A stretch of DNA of 63,948 nt, counting the filler, from Octopus bimaculoides (Eukaryota), in assembly GCF_001194135.2 (NCBI RefSeq). It is 7 parts of 5 records of this genome, joined end to end, with 100 filler letters (N's around TTAATTAATTAA, not from the genome) between each part and the next. Parts side by side here need not be neighbours in the genome. Positions count along the whole stretch, not along the records: positions 5,730 to 17,485 come from NC_069000.1; positions 17,586 to 24,360 come from NC_068987.1; positions 24,461 to 31,012 come from NC_068986.1; 4 more parts are not named here. One strand, written 5' to 3'. The position numbers were made by a program, and so were the translations under genes. Of the stretch, positions 13,156 to 25,337 are shown piece by piece. Each line of letters begins with the position of its first letter. Position 1 is the first letter of the stretch. Under the pieces are notes generated by a model. It did no database searches and had not been told where the DNA came from. It saw only the letters and a list, made by a program, of their open reading frames with translations.

Positions 13156-13971
13156 CAGTACAAACGCACGAACGATGTCATAAATAACACTGACAAACGA
13201 AATATACACCGCCGATAGTTGTTGTTGACAAACAACGGCAGTAAATTTATTCAGCTGAATACACGTCATTGATTGGTTGAAATTACCGCAATACGACAAC
13301 TTTAACACGAACTAACTTTGAAAATATAAACTTTTCTCAACAGCACTAAGAGTAAAACATGTTTTATAGGACACATTCTNNNNNNNNNNNNNNNNNNNNN
13401 NNNNNNNNNNNNNNNNNNNNNNNNNNNNNNNNNNNNNNNNNNNNNNNNNNNNNNNNNNNNNNNNNNNNNNNNNNNNNNNNNNNNNNNNNNNNNNNNNNNN
13501 NNNNNNNNNNNNNNNNNNNNNNNNNNNNNNNNNNNNNNNNNNNNNNNNNNNNNNNNNNNNNNNNNNNNNNNNNNNNNNNNNNNNNNNNNNNNNNNNNNNN
13601 NNNNNNNNNNNNNNNNNNNNNNNNNNNNNNNNNNNNNNNNNNNNNNNNNNNNNNNNNNNNNNNNNNNNCTTCAGGATCGGCAGCCCACTTGAAAATTTGA
13701 ATAATGGGCGAAAAATCACGCTTACCGTTCCTCATTTTATTGTTTCAAATTCATTGTTACGAATTCATTTTCTTTTGCAAAATTCTTTAAAAACTAGAGT
13801 CTTGAAATTTCAAGCTTTAAAATTTTTATGTTCAGACTCCATAACGCACTTAAAATTTCGAAATTATGTGAAATAAATAGACTTTTCGACTTTGTTTTCT
13901 TTATTATTTTTAATACTAGGTCACCGAATATATGTGTTACATGAGGTCGAGATTACACTTACATTAAAATA

Positions 13972-14508
13972 AATTAAACAAATTCTCAAGATTGTAGCAG
14001 AAAAGATAATTCTTCTTTGCCAAAAGGCATCCATCCTTTGTGTTATGTTTGAGTCAGATAAACCAAAAATCTTAAATTTACTTTTGCTAATGTAGAAGAT
14101 CGACTGTGATGTGGCCTCTTCTTTCTAATCAATCCCTGAACCTTCTGTTTAGATACTGCTTGATCTTCTCTGCGAATGATCATTTTTTAATTTGTCCGTA
14201 GATCCTGTAAAAAATCTTATTCTCTCTGTGGTACTTTTTTGTCTCTACTACAACTGCAGTTTTTAAAGGAGTTGCACTTGCAACAAGAAATCTCAAATAA
14301 ATCTTTTGTTGGATTGTTTTAAACACATTACACTTTGTTTGAAACGATGGCGTATTCTTTCTATTTTTCACAGATTTTAGTAATGCTTGGTACTTTAGAT
14401 AAATATTTAAGATCTTCGGTTTAACCAACTCAATCGTAACAAGGGAAGGATACCTTTTGCCAAAGAAGAATTATCTTTTCTGCTACAATCTTGACAATTT
14501 GTTTAATT
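13972..14508. mobile_element. Element with ~105-bp terminal inverted arms
   Basis: aattaaacaaattctcaagattgtagcagaaaagataattcttctttgcc at 13972 is the reverse complement of 14455-14508, with few mismatches. Confidence 0.65.
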
Positions 14509-14599
14509 GAAGGATCCTTCTTAACTACATTCTTTTCTTTTTCTCCTTCAAATAAAACACATTTTAGTACATCCTTTTAAACTGACAAAACGCGCTCGT

Positions 14600-14866
14600 T
14601 AAGATCACATGGAGTACCAAATATTGGGCATTCAGTATCATGACGCGCTATTGGCTTATGAGTCATCACTAAATTTAATACGACCATTAATTTTACGACA
14701 ATGGCTTAAAGTCAAAGTACAAAGCAGAAAACTTTACATACATACGACGTACGTCCACACGCAACGACCGTTGCAGCGGCACTGGAGAGAAGTTCACACT
14801 CCCGTTCTCTTTATAGTCAATGCGAAACCTCAAGATATTAGTGAATTGCATTGAAGCTTGGTATGT
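14600..14866 (+). promoter_or_regulatory. Candidate promoter plus first exon (speculative)
   Basis: ATTGG boxes at 14623 and 14650, TGACGC at 14641, TGAGTCA at 14659, ATG at 14820, donor-like TG|GTATGT at 14861; locally CpG-richer and repeat-free. Confidence 0.25.
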
Positions 14867-15149
14867 AACCTCTTAAGGATATTATATTTACTGTTTTACA
14901 TTCTGTTATGTAGAAATATGCATTTGTTACGACTTGTTATCCATGAAGTACAAAATTCGACCAAAAATAGCACTTTTTAAAATTGTCAATTGTGTTGCGG
15001 AGTAATATTTAACAGCAAAGTTCTTTATACACCTTTCTCTTAACTCTAATTTGCAACAAGATATTGATTCTTGATTACCAATTTCGGAAGTTGCATTTTT
15101 CGCTCCATCCTAATATATATATATATAAGCAATAATAAATCTCTGCTTA

Positions 15150-15450
15150 TTTCCACTTTTTCGAGATCAGTAACATTTCGTCACTGAAGAAAGGATATAT
15201 ATATTTGCATTGGGAACAACTTCACATCGTCAACCGGTGGTTTGTCACACGCTGATGACGGGTCAATACTCAGAAACCCGGGTCCGTGTGTATCACGTCA
15301 GGCTGGAGATGGGAAGGATGACTTCCTTTTGCAAATATAGGGCTCAGAAAGTGTGTCAATAGCCAGCTGGAGGAGATGTCTTCCTGGGGCTACAAACTAC
15401 AATAGCATCAACCCTTAACGGTAAGCCACATTTAAGTGGCAAATATACGT
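15150..15450 (+). mobile_element. Non-coding hammerhead-bearing interspersed element, copy 1
   Basis: Homologous along its length to the reverse complement of 62095-62385 (e.g. ccagctggaggagatgtcttcctggggcta). Confidence 0.8.
15246..15290 (+). ncRNA. Minimal type-I hammerhead ribozyme motif
   Basis: CACACG-CTGATGA-c(GGGT caat ACTC)a-GAAA-CCCGGG-TC-CGTGTG; GUC cleavage triplet, 6-bp stem I, palindromic stem III. Confidence 0.75.
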
Positions 15451-15493
15451 CACGATATATATATATAATTATGTATATGAATGTGCATTTATG

Positions 15494-15528
<35 letters not shown>

Positions 15529-16798
15529 NNNNNNNNNNNNNNNNNNNNNNNNNNNNNNNNNNNNNNNNNNNNNNNNNNNNNNNNNNNNNNNNNNNNNNNN
15601 NNNNNNNNNNNNNNNNNNNNNNNNNNNNNNNNNNNNNNNNNNNNNNNNNNNNNNNNNNNNNNNNNNNNNNNNNNNNNNNNNNNNNNNNNNNNNNNNNNNN
15701 NNNNNNNNNNNNNNNNNNNNNNNNNNNNNNNNNNNNNNNNNNNNNNNNNNNNNNNNNNNNNNNNNNNNNNNNNNNNNNNNNNNNNNNNNNNNNNNNNNNN
15801 NNNNNNNNNNNNNNNNNNNNNNNNNNNNNNNNNNNNNNNNNNNNNNNNNNNNNNNNNNNNNNNNNNCCATAGGCGGATATTTTTAGTATGAAGTGGTAAA
15901 GAGTGTGATGTGCTGAAAAAAGAGAGAACAGTACTTGAAGTGTAGTTTCAATCCAGTGGTAAATATCCGTGTAGAAATCCGTGCAAAGTAATCCCTGTGT
16001 GGATAATCCAGAAATTTATGTTGGAGCGAAAGTTGATATAACATAGATAGCAGAGGTACATATATTCCATATTGCGATGGATTTTTGCTTGTTTACTTGA
16101 AGAATGGCCAAGTCAAGTGAAAAGTGAGCGGTAATTAGGTCAAGTCATGAAGACAGAATGTGAAAGGGGATAGAGGAGAGATAGAGGCGGAGGATGGTAG
16201 TGATATATTTATGGTCAGTTGGTCTTAACAGGGTAAAGGGGATGAGCATATATAGTGAAGGGGGAATAGGGGGATGAGGTTAAAAGGTCTAGTGAGTAGG
16301 AAGGAATGCGTGTGTGTAGTATATAGGTGGTGGGGGTATGAGTGATAAACCAAGGACAGAGATAAAGGGAAGGGAGGGGTGGGAAAGGTAGTTAGTAGTA
16401 TCATATTTTAGGATGCTGCCAAGGCTATTTATAGACGGTGGAAAGGGATTGAAAGAAGCGACGTTGTCTGTATGCGTAGGTGGTGTTCTTGTGAATTTGA
16501 GAATAGAAGAAATAGATTTGGTGGTATATGTGTGGTGAGATGATCGAAAGGAAATAATCCTATTCAAAAGATGGTGAAAGATAGATGTTTTTGCCAGGTT
16601 GAAAAGGTTGCCTGTGCGATTATGTTTTTGCCAGGTTGAATAGGTTGCCTGTGCGATTATGTTGCGTGATCGTTTGTGCAATTTTGCTTGTGATAGAANN
16701 NNNNNNNNNNNNNNNNNNNNNNNNNNNNNNNNNNNNNNNNNNNNNNNNNNNNNNNNNNNNNNNNNNNNNNNNNNNNNNNNNNNNNNNNNNNNNNNNNN

Positions 16799-17361
16799 AT
16801 ATATATAAATGTATAATGGTGTCTGTCGGTATGTGTTTGGGTTTACTCTTACTCCTTCCACACCGTCCAACCAATTTTAATGATTTTTGGCACATAGGTA
16901 GATCACATACCCTGAAGTTCAGATAAGGCCGGAATTTTTCGAAAAGTCGATAATGCTCAGTTAGTATCGATTTTTGTGTGCTCAGTCGGCCGTTTGAATG
17001 AAAATTCCCATGATGATGTTATTTTTCCTGCAGCTATTGCATTTTTTGTCCGATTTTGATGAAAATCGATCAGTAAGCGAGGCTCATGGAGGTGAGTTGA
17101 TGTTACTATAAGGCTGTACTATTGAACACATCGCCGTCGGCTGCCAAAATTCCGCTCCGTCAACAAAACTCCGTCGCCTGCTCTGACCATTTTCCTTTAC
17201 CTGCCACACATCTACTCATCCTGTAACAGCCTGCCGAACCAGATATAACATCTTAATGGGTAAATAGTTGGCACGAAGAACGTAGAAGATTTCAATACAA
17301 AGTCAGAGGTGGCCTTAACTTCAACACGGAAAACACGAGCAATGCCGGGTCCAACAGCTAG
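16799..17361 (+). mobile_element. Non-autonomous Helitron/Helentron-like element
   Basis: 5' part ccgtccaaccaattttaatgatttttggcaca and 3' end gcaatgccgggtccaacagCTAGT are typical of rolling-circle non-autonomous elements. Confidence 0.5.
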
Positions 17362-17453
17362 TATATACATATATAAAAATATATTTATGGATTTTATTGT
17401 TTACAATAATATCAAGTGGCATATCACGCATACCCTTAAATATAAATAGGTAT

Positions 17454-17485
<32 letters not shown>

Positions 17486-19284
17486 NNNNNNNNNNNNNNN
17501 NNNNNNNNNNNNNNNNNNNNNNNNNNNNNTTAATTAATTAANNNNNNNNNNNNNNNNNNNNNNNNNNNNNNNNNNNNNNNNNNNNATATATATATACGCA
17601 TATGTATATACATATATATATATATATATGCATGCATACACACACACACATGTGCGCGCGCACACACACGCACACATAAGTATATGTACATATACAATAT
17701 GTGAATAATAAGGAAAAAATTGGAGAAGAGAAAAAGTGATTGCAAAAGAAAGAAATATTCAATTCATGAATAAAACAAAAAAGAAAATGAGAAAGTATAA
17801 ATAAGGATATTGACTAGAAAGAAGTTAAGAAAGAAGGAAGGACGGAAGGAAGGAAGGAAGGAAAAAGTAAGAAGAAAAAGAATGAAAAGGAGAAAGATTC
17901 TAACAAGCTAGTAAGGGGGGGAAATCGAGAATTAATTGGTGAGAGAAGAGAAGGCAAAACAGAAAAGAAAGAAAGAAAGAAAGAAAGAAAGCAAGAAAGA
18001 ATGAAAGAAAGAAAGAAAGAAGGAAAGAAAGAAAGAAAAAAGAAATAAGATATACTGAAGAAGTGAAATGAGGAGAAAAAAGGGAGACGAAATGTATAGG
18101 AGGAACAAAATTAGGGAATTTAGTAAATGAGAAAATTAAGAGATAGAGATAGCAAAGTAGGGCGGTTAGAGATTACCGGTAGACAGAGAAGTAGTGGGAA
18201 AAGGGGATATAGTTACATGAAAGATTCAACATGGTAAAGAATGAAGAGAGTTGAGAAATAAACAATATTTTGAACACTTGTACATATGAAGAATGAAAGC
18301 TCTTATAAAAGCGGGGCTTTGTGAGAAATTATAATGAAAGTTCAAAAGAAACAGCTGCAAAAATGCCCGCCCGTGATATTAATGTCGAGAGGCCATTGCA
18401 GGGTGTGTAGCTGATCAATGGTAGGAAAGAACTATGAACAAAAAGAAATAAAGGTTAAATGCTCAGAGGTGAAAGTGATGGAGTAATAAAAAGAAGAATA
18501 AGAAAGAGAAAGAAAGAGAAGAAGACTGTTACCTGCCTTTTTATATGTTTAATTTTATCTTTTGGCACGCCACGGCAGAATACAAAGCTAGCCGACTAAC
18601 AGAAAAGGTTTTGTAATGCATTCATATTCTTGCCAACCATCAAAGCCCTGAGGCGATTTCAGCAACCGGAAAGCTTCGCGCCATTTCAACTTAACTGCAT
18701 AAATTAATGTTAAAAGATTACATTAAGCGGAAAGAAAAGAAAAGAAGGACAGAAAAAGAGATAGAGAGAAAAAAGTGAGAAAGAACATTAATGAATAAAT
18801 GAATGGAAGAATGACTGAATGAAAGGGAATTTTGTTCCATCTGTCTTGGAATCAGTGGCTATGCCAACTAAATGTTGCTTCTCAGCGAAGATATAAAGGA
18901 CGATGATATGAATAACTATTTTATTATAACTGTTGTCGCTTGCTATTGACGCTCCCGTTAAATCTACAGGGATCGCTTGACAATAAACAGGCGAAATTAA
19001 TTAAATAACAACGTGCCTGAAAAAATAATGAGCTGCAGTCTTTTATTCTTTTACTTGTTTCAGTTTTTGTCGATCAGATCGACCGATTTCTTTTCTAAGT
19101 CTTCTATATATATACTATCGGTCACTTTTTCCCAATCGCATATATATATTATATTTATCCAACATATACAATTTTGTGATTTAGCAAATGAAACATGTGT
19201 AATGGTGAATAAATAATACCAAGACATTTTCCATTCCTGATTGTCATATAGATATACGATGGCATTTGTACAAATATTCTCTTT

Positions 19285-19502
19285 TTACTCTTTTACACGT
19301 TTCGGTCATTTGACTGTTGACATTCTGAAACACCACTTTGAAGTGTTTTTACTCGAACAAATTAACTCCAGGATTTATTATTTTTCAAGCCTAGTACTTA
19401 TTCTACTGATCTCTTTTGCCAAACCGCTATGTTACGTGGACGTAAACACACCAACACCGGTTGTCAGGCGGTGATGGAGGGACAAACACAGACACACACA
19501 CA

Positions 19503-19567
<65 letters not shown>

Positions 19568-19729
19568 GACAGTGTTCTTTCAGTTTCTGTCTACCGAATC
19601 CACTCACAAAGCTGTGGTTAGCCCAAGGCTATAGTAGAAGACTCTTGCCCAAAGTGCCTCACAGTGGGAAGGAACCCAGAACCATGTGGTTGGGAACGAA
19701 GCTTCTTACCACACAGCTACGTCTGCGCC
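19285..19729 (-). mobile_element. Full-length SINE family B with internal (CA)/(TA) tract
   Basis: Tail, central microsatellite and tRNA/CORE head are colinear with 57950-58352. Confidence 0.85.
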
Positions 19730-20586
19730 GTTACCAAATTACTCACAAGGTATTGGTCGTCTCGGGGCTAGACCATAAGCACTTCCTCAAGTACCGCGGA
19801 GTGGTACTGAACCTGAAATCTCATGGTTGTGAAGGCAACCTCTTAACTAGAAAACCATAATAAACATACATCCATGCATATATACATATGGATGAGTGTG
19901 TGCCTGCGTACACGCACCTGTTTGTGTGTACCTATACATATATGTATGTGTGCTTGTGTCTGTGTGTGCGCGCGCGCGTGTATTTCTGTTGGTTGGTTAG
20001 TTGATTGGCTGGTTGGTTGGTTGCTGGTTGGTTAGTTAGTTGGTTGGTTGGTTGGTTGGTTGGTTAGTTGGTTGTTCTACAGCTTCTACTAAAAGCATTG
20101 ATTTCTTTTGACAAGGTACTATACTACTGTTTGAGGTGATGGATGGGGGACTGGTGTATGCTAATGAAATTGCGCCAGCGTATTAGCGCTCCTGTCAAAA
20201 AATGCCAGCCATCATCAGCAGAAACAATTTATGTACGATGAAAATTAGAATATTGTTCGAGATTGTTCCCAGAACGGAGCTGATTGTTACATTTGTTTTG
20301 TCCAATTGTTAAAATTACAAGTCGATTTGTTGCACGAAAGTGGGATTTACGTACATTAACTAATCACCGGATTTCCTGTTGTGCTTTATGATGTTATATG
20401 CCAGACAACTGTAAAAGACTTAGCTTTCCAACCTTCAATATCATGAACAACGCAATTTTTTAGGTTAATTGGGGATTTTTTTGTCTTTCTTTTTTATTCT
20501 GCGCATCATTTATCTAAAATTCTGTCACAAACGTATTTTTTTCATTCTTTCTACCTTCTTTTCTTCGTTTCTTTCTTTATCGTCCT

Positions 20587-20641
<55 letters not shown>

Positions 20642-20693
20642 ACCTCTCTCTCTCTTTCTCTCTCGTTCTTTCTCTCTCTCTCTCACTCTCTCA

Positions 20694-20750
<57 letters not shown>

Positions 20751-21959
20751 ACATACATACAGTGTCATACGCATTTACTCACATACATGCACATATTCAC
20801 ATACACACAAGTCCAGAGTATATCTGTACTACAACGTACTCCTTTTTTCCCAGCTCCCTAATTATGTAAAACTATCACTTTTCTACTCATCAATTTTTTT
20901 TTTGTTTTTTGTTTTCTTCTCCTTTCCACTTTAGCCCACATTTTCAATGTTATTGTTATTTTTTACTAACTGTATTCATGTCCCGTTTAATTTCTTATTA
21001 ATTTCTTATTAATTTCTTCATTCTCCTCCTTTAGCTCTGTATTTGAGTATATGTGTGTATGAGAGTTTGTCGGTGACTCAATCATTGGAGTATTCATATT
21101 TTGCATATTCATTCACATAATAAGACATATATTTCATTCAGTTTCTCACTTTTCTCACTTTCTTAATCAATGTCTATTTATCTCATTTTCTTTCTTCATT
21201 TCGTAGTATATTATATGACAATATAACCTACGTAGAACAAGCAGACAACACTATCAGTCGTGTCAGCATATCGAAAATTCAGATTAAACAACTGCGGCGA
21301 GAGATTGTTACTCAGTAATAGATTTACGTCAGATTTTTACCGATAAAAACCCAACAGGCAAGACTACAAAGGTCAGCAGGCCAATATTCCATCTATTATA
21401 AACCAGACGACGCTATAACAACAAACGTATTCGAATTTATCAAAAATTTCTTATACATTTTAATGGACTAAAACATCTTATTCTGTAAGTTCCCTATTTA
21501 TGCACTCTATAGTAATAATTTGTGTATTATGTTATTTTTATGTACCATTCATTTTTTTATTTATTTCCTTGATACCACTTGGTTGATTTTTCAATCATTA
21601 TTCCTTAGAGAGTTAATAAGTTTTGTTTCTTTGTTCTGTACAGTTAATAAGTCTCCGTCACACCAATTAAAACATGCGATTATCCATTCACATAGATGTA
21701 CTTTATACATCTTTGTGTGTGTGTTTGTGTATGTGTGCATGGGAACAGTACAGTGTAAAACCTTTTATTCAAAAATCGAATGAGTGCATGTGCATTCTCT
21801 CTTGCTCACAAATTCAATGAGAAAAACATTCTACACTGTTTAATTCTATCAGCATAAGGCTCTTTATTTTATATTCAAAATTATTTATTATTATTACACC
21901 AACTGTCACGTATAGGATGGATCCGGCTGTCTGTTGAGTTCATTGTGAATTTCGTCTCT

Positions 21960-22200
21960 CTACCTTCCTTTAACTAAGGACAGGCAATGTCTATCTCACT
22001 GGTGGCCTTAGTGAACGAGGATGTGTGGCAGACGAGATTAAAAGGGCTGAAAGCCTACATCAACTTTTTCAAGTTTTGCTCGAAAAGGGAGCTGAAGATG
22101 GAGGGGAAAATGCTACTTACCAGCAAATTTTTTGAAAGGTAGATGAGAGTGGCGAGCAAGGTCCGAGTGAAAGTGACTACCCGGAACATGCGTCTGTAAA
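21960..22200 (+). mobile_element. 3' remnant of L1/Tx1-like LINE ORF2
   Basis: Translation VALVNEDVWQTRLKGLK..INFFKFCSKRELKMEGKMLL..KFFER*MRVA resembles L1/Tx1 C-termini. Confidence 0.45.
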
Positions 22201-22629
22201 TTGTGGGGGGACAACAGGCAGAAGGTACTTGCCTCATGGGTTACCAGGAGCATGCCTCTGAAGCCCCCGCTTTTGAGAGGAATTATTTGTTGTTTGAAAT
22301 TTATTGTTACCGTTATTCATTTTTATATGCTTTCTAGTAATTCCACACTCTATCGTCTTGTACCGTCCACTATATTTTTCTGAACCCTTAATGGTTAATC
22401 AAGAAAACGTCATCATCATCATCATTATCATCATCATCATTATCATCATCAACATCATCATCATCATCATTGCTATTATTATTATTGTTTACTTCTCAGG
22501 GTAGTCGGTCCTGTTTGCTCTGGTTCATTCTGTGAGAGCGGACAGCAGCCTGTTGTCGAAGGTCTCACAGAGTCTCTTTCTGAACATTATAAGCTTTGAT
22601 AATTGGTTGTCAATTATTGTGGAAGACAT

Positions 22630-22865
22630 TCAATCTACAAGTACCAATCTTAAAATCCTGTCTGTCTCCAGCAGAACAATTTTATAGGTTTGCTCCGCAC
22701 TCATGTCAATTCCGATTTCTCTAAAATATTTCTCGAACAAGGTTGTTAGGGCTCCGAGTGCCCCTACAACTTCTGGGATGACAGACACACTCCTCATAGT
22801 CCACAATCTCGAAATTTCGTCTTTTAGTAGACTGTACTTTTCAATCTTTTCTAGTTCTTCGTCAC
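22630..22865 (-). mobile_element. C-terminal remnant of restriction-like-endonuclease non-LTR retroelement (R4/NeSL-like)
   Basis: EKIEKYSLLKDEISRLW...VIPEVVGALGA...LLETDRILRLVL*. Confidence 0.75.
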
Positions 22866-22873
22866 TATTATTG

Positions 22874-22926
<53 letters not shown>

Positions 22927-23157
22927 GAGTGAAAGAGCAGTGCATGCCACCAAAATGACACAAATATCTGAAGCCCAATATACCCATTATGACTACTGAT
23001 TGGTTAAAGCCAAACAAGTGACAAACAAATCTGTGGTATTGAGCAGAATATTTGCTGTAGCCATTGTTTTATACCAAGACAAAACAATATACATAACACT
23101 TCCAATCAATTAAGATCAGAAACCACGAGAGCCACTGCCTGGTACTGCATCAGGGCA

Positions 23158-23271
<114 letters not shown>

Positions 23272-23334
23272 CATCATCATCATCATCATCATAATCATCA
23301 TCATCATCATCATAATTATTATTATTATTATCTT

Positions 23335-23430
23335 TTCGGGTCGATAAATTAAGTACCAGTCGAGCACTGGGGTCGATGTAATCGATTAGGCCCCTCCCCC
23401 AAAATTTCAGGCCTTGTACCTATAGTTGAA
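23335..23430 (+). mobile_element. SINE family A 3' half
   Basis: ttcgggtcgataaattaagtaccag...ggggtcgatgtaatcgat matches family A (60703-60915, reversed). Confidence 0.75.
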
Positions 23431-24236
23431 AGTGTTATTATTGTTGTTGTTGCTGTTGTTACTGCCATTGTTTTTGTCGTTGCTGCTGCTGTTGTTGTTG
23501 TTATTTTGTTTCCAATTGGCCAACGATAACTGTATAGCCAGGATAATAAATGCGACGTTAATTTAACTTGTAATAACTTCATGAAAGAATTTATCGAAAA
23601 TGAATGGAAGTTTGTCACAGTATTTTATAGTCCATTCTGTATCCAATATCACTGCTTTCACCTGATTAGATACAGATTTTATTAAATCCTTTTGCTCATA
23701 TTAGCATTCGAAATCATTAGTTTCTGTCTTACCTTCGTTTATATCTAAGATCTTCCATTTCTCTTATGGAATTTGGTGATATATCCATCGAATATGAAAT
23801 CTTATTTAAGACAAAGAAGATAGTTGAGAGTAGAATTCTACTCTCAACTATCTTCTTTGTCTTCTCAACAACGTTCAACTTTAATCCAGCTCTTGACTAT
23901 GTTATTCGCTGTTTGACGATTAATACCGAAAAATTTTGCTATTTTTCGATCGTATTTGCAACATTCCTACCAGCCGATGTCATGCTTGCAAGTTCATCTA
24001 TACTATTTTCCCGCCAATGATTTTCATTACTGTGTTTTATAAATTTACAGATACTATTAGCTAACAATAAAATACAGTTAAGTTGTACACGTCTCTACAA
24101 AAGATATATATATAATTGGAAAGGAAACAAGATTCTGAAGATAGATTATTACAGATTTCAATGTTACCAACGTAACGGCTTTCTTCAGTTAAGTGATGGA
24201 TGCAAGGACTAGAAGTTCATGCAAAGTTCCTAGTGC

Positions 24237-24270
<34 letters not shown>

Positions 24271-24318
24271 TGTATGTATGTATGTATGTATGTATGCATA
24301 CATGTATGTATATGCATG

Positions 24319-24358
<40 letters not shown>

Positions 24359-24714
24359 CGNNNNNNNNNNNNNNNNNNNNNNNNNNNNNNNNNNNNNNNN
24401 NNNNTTAATTAATTAANNNNNNNNNNNNNNNNNNNNNNNNNNNNNNNNNNNNNNNNNNNNTATATATATATATATGCATAGTGTTGATTGTCGTGGGGAG
24501 GACTACTCGATACCGTAGTAGAGGTTAGTAATATATTTTGGTGGAGTTAGACTCTTGCTAGTTTTCAAGTTTTGCCTGTAGGTGGTGCACATGGCTTTGA
24601 GGCCTGTTATGACTGTCATAACTTACGTAATGAGCCTGTGCAGCCAAGACGAAACTCAGAGAAGCATGAGACTGACTCGCTATATATATCTATATCTATC
24701 TATCTATCTATCTA

Positions 24715-24749
<35 letters not shown>

Positions 24750-24900
24750 GGGTTTGTACGATTTTGTATAGACGAATATATTATTCAAAGGAATTCCAGC
24801 TCTGTTTTTTTAATGTTTTATTTATATTCCTATAATATTAGTGTAGGATATAGAATATATAGTATATATAGTAAAATGAAATGAGCTGTTGATTGTCTTA

Positions 24901-25104
24901 TTGAATAGATTAAATATTGAATATCAAATATTAAAGGACTAGTATACTTTCTTGCATTTAAGCAGTCTTCAAGGTCCCAGGTTGTGACAGGAATGTCTCA
25001 ACTGTGAAACATTCTTGTCACAACCTGGGACCTTGAAGACCACTTAAATGCAAGAAAGTATACTAGTCCTTTAATATTTGATATTCAATATTTCATCTAT
25101 CCAA
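24901..25104. repeat. Long foldback palindrome (~100-bp arms) with an HHR-like motif in each arm
   Basis: 24912-25000 is the near-perfect reverse complement of 25005-25093; the right arm reads GGAC-CTTGAAGA-..-GAAA-GTATAC-TA-GTCC. Confidence 0.9.
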
Positions 25105-25106
25105 TG

Positions 25107-25337
25107 CGTAGAAGAAAGAAGAAAGAAGAAAGAGTACTTGGAGTATAGTTCCATTCCAACAGTAAACATCCATGTAAAGAATCCGTATGGGTATTTTCCA
25201 GAGATAATATATATCTATCCACCATTGCAAATATAATCGTCTCTGGAAAATACCCACACGGATTCTTTACATGGATGTTTACTGTTGAAATGGAACTATA
25301 CTCCAAGTACTTTTTCTTATTTGTTCTTTCTTCTACG
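25107..25337. repeat. Second foldback palindrome (~100-bp arms, ~30-bp spacer)
   Basis: gtacttggagtatagttccattccaacagtaaacatccatgtaaagaatccg pairs with cggattctttacatggatgtttactgttgaaatggaactatactccaagtac. Confidence 0.9.

Noticed and set aside
15870-16700. Strand-biased region with LINE-endonuclease-like words (ILQVN, IAIWNI, VISTFAPT) and a 37-bp tandem duplication near 16590
   Set aside because: Motif order does not fit an APE domain and no RT motifs follow.
24160-24195. Minus-strand CTGAAGA...gttacgttgg hammerhead-like remnant
   Set aside because: GAAA is missing and stem I does not pair.
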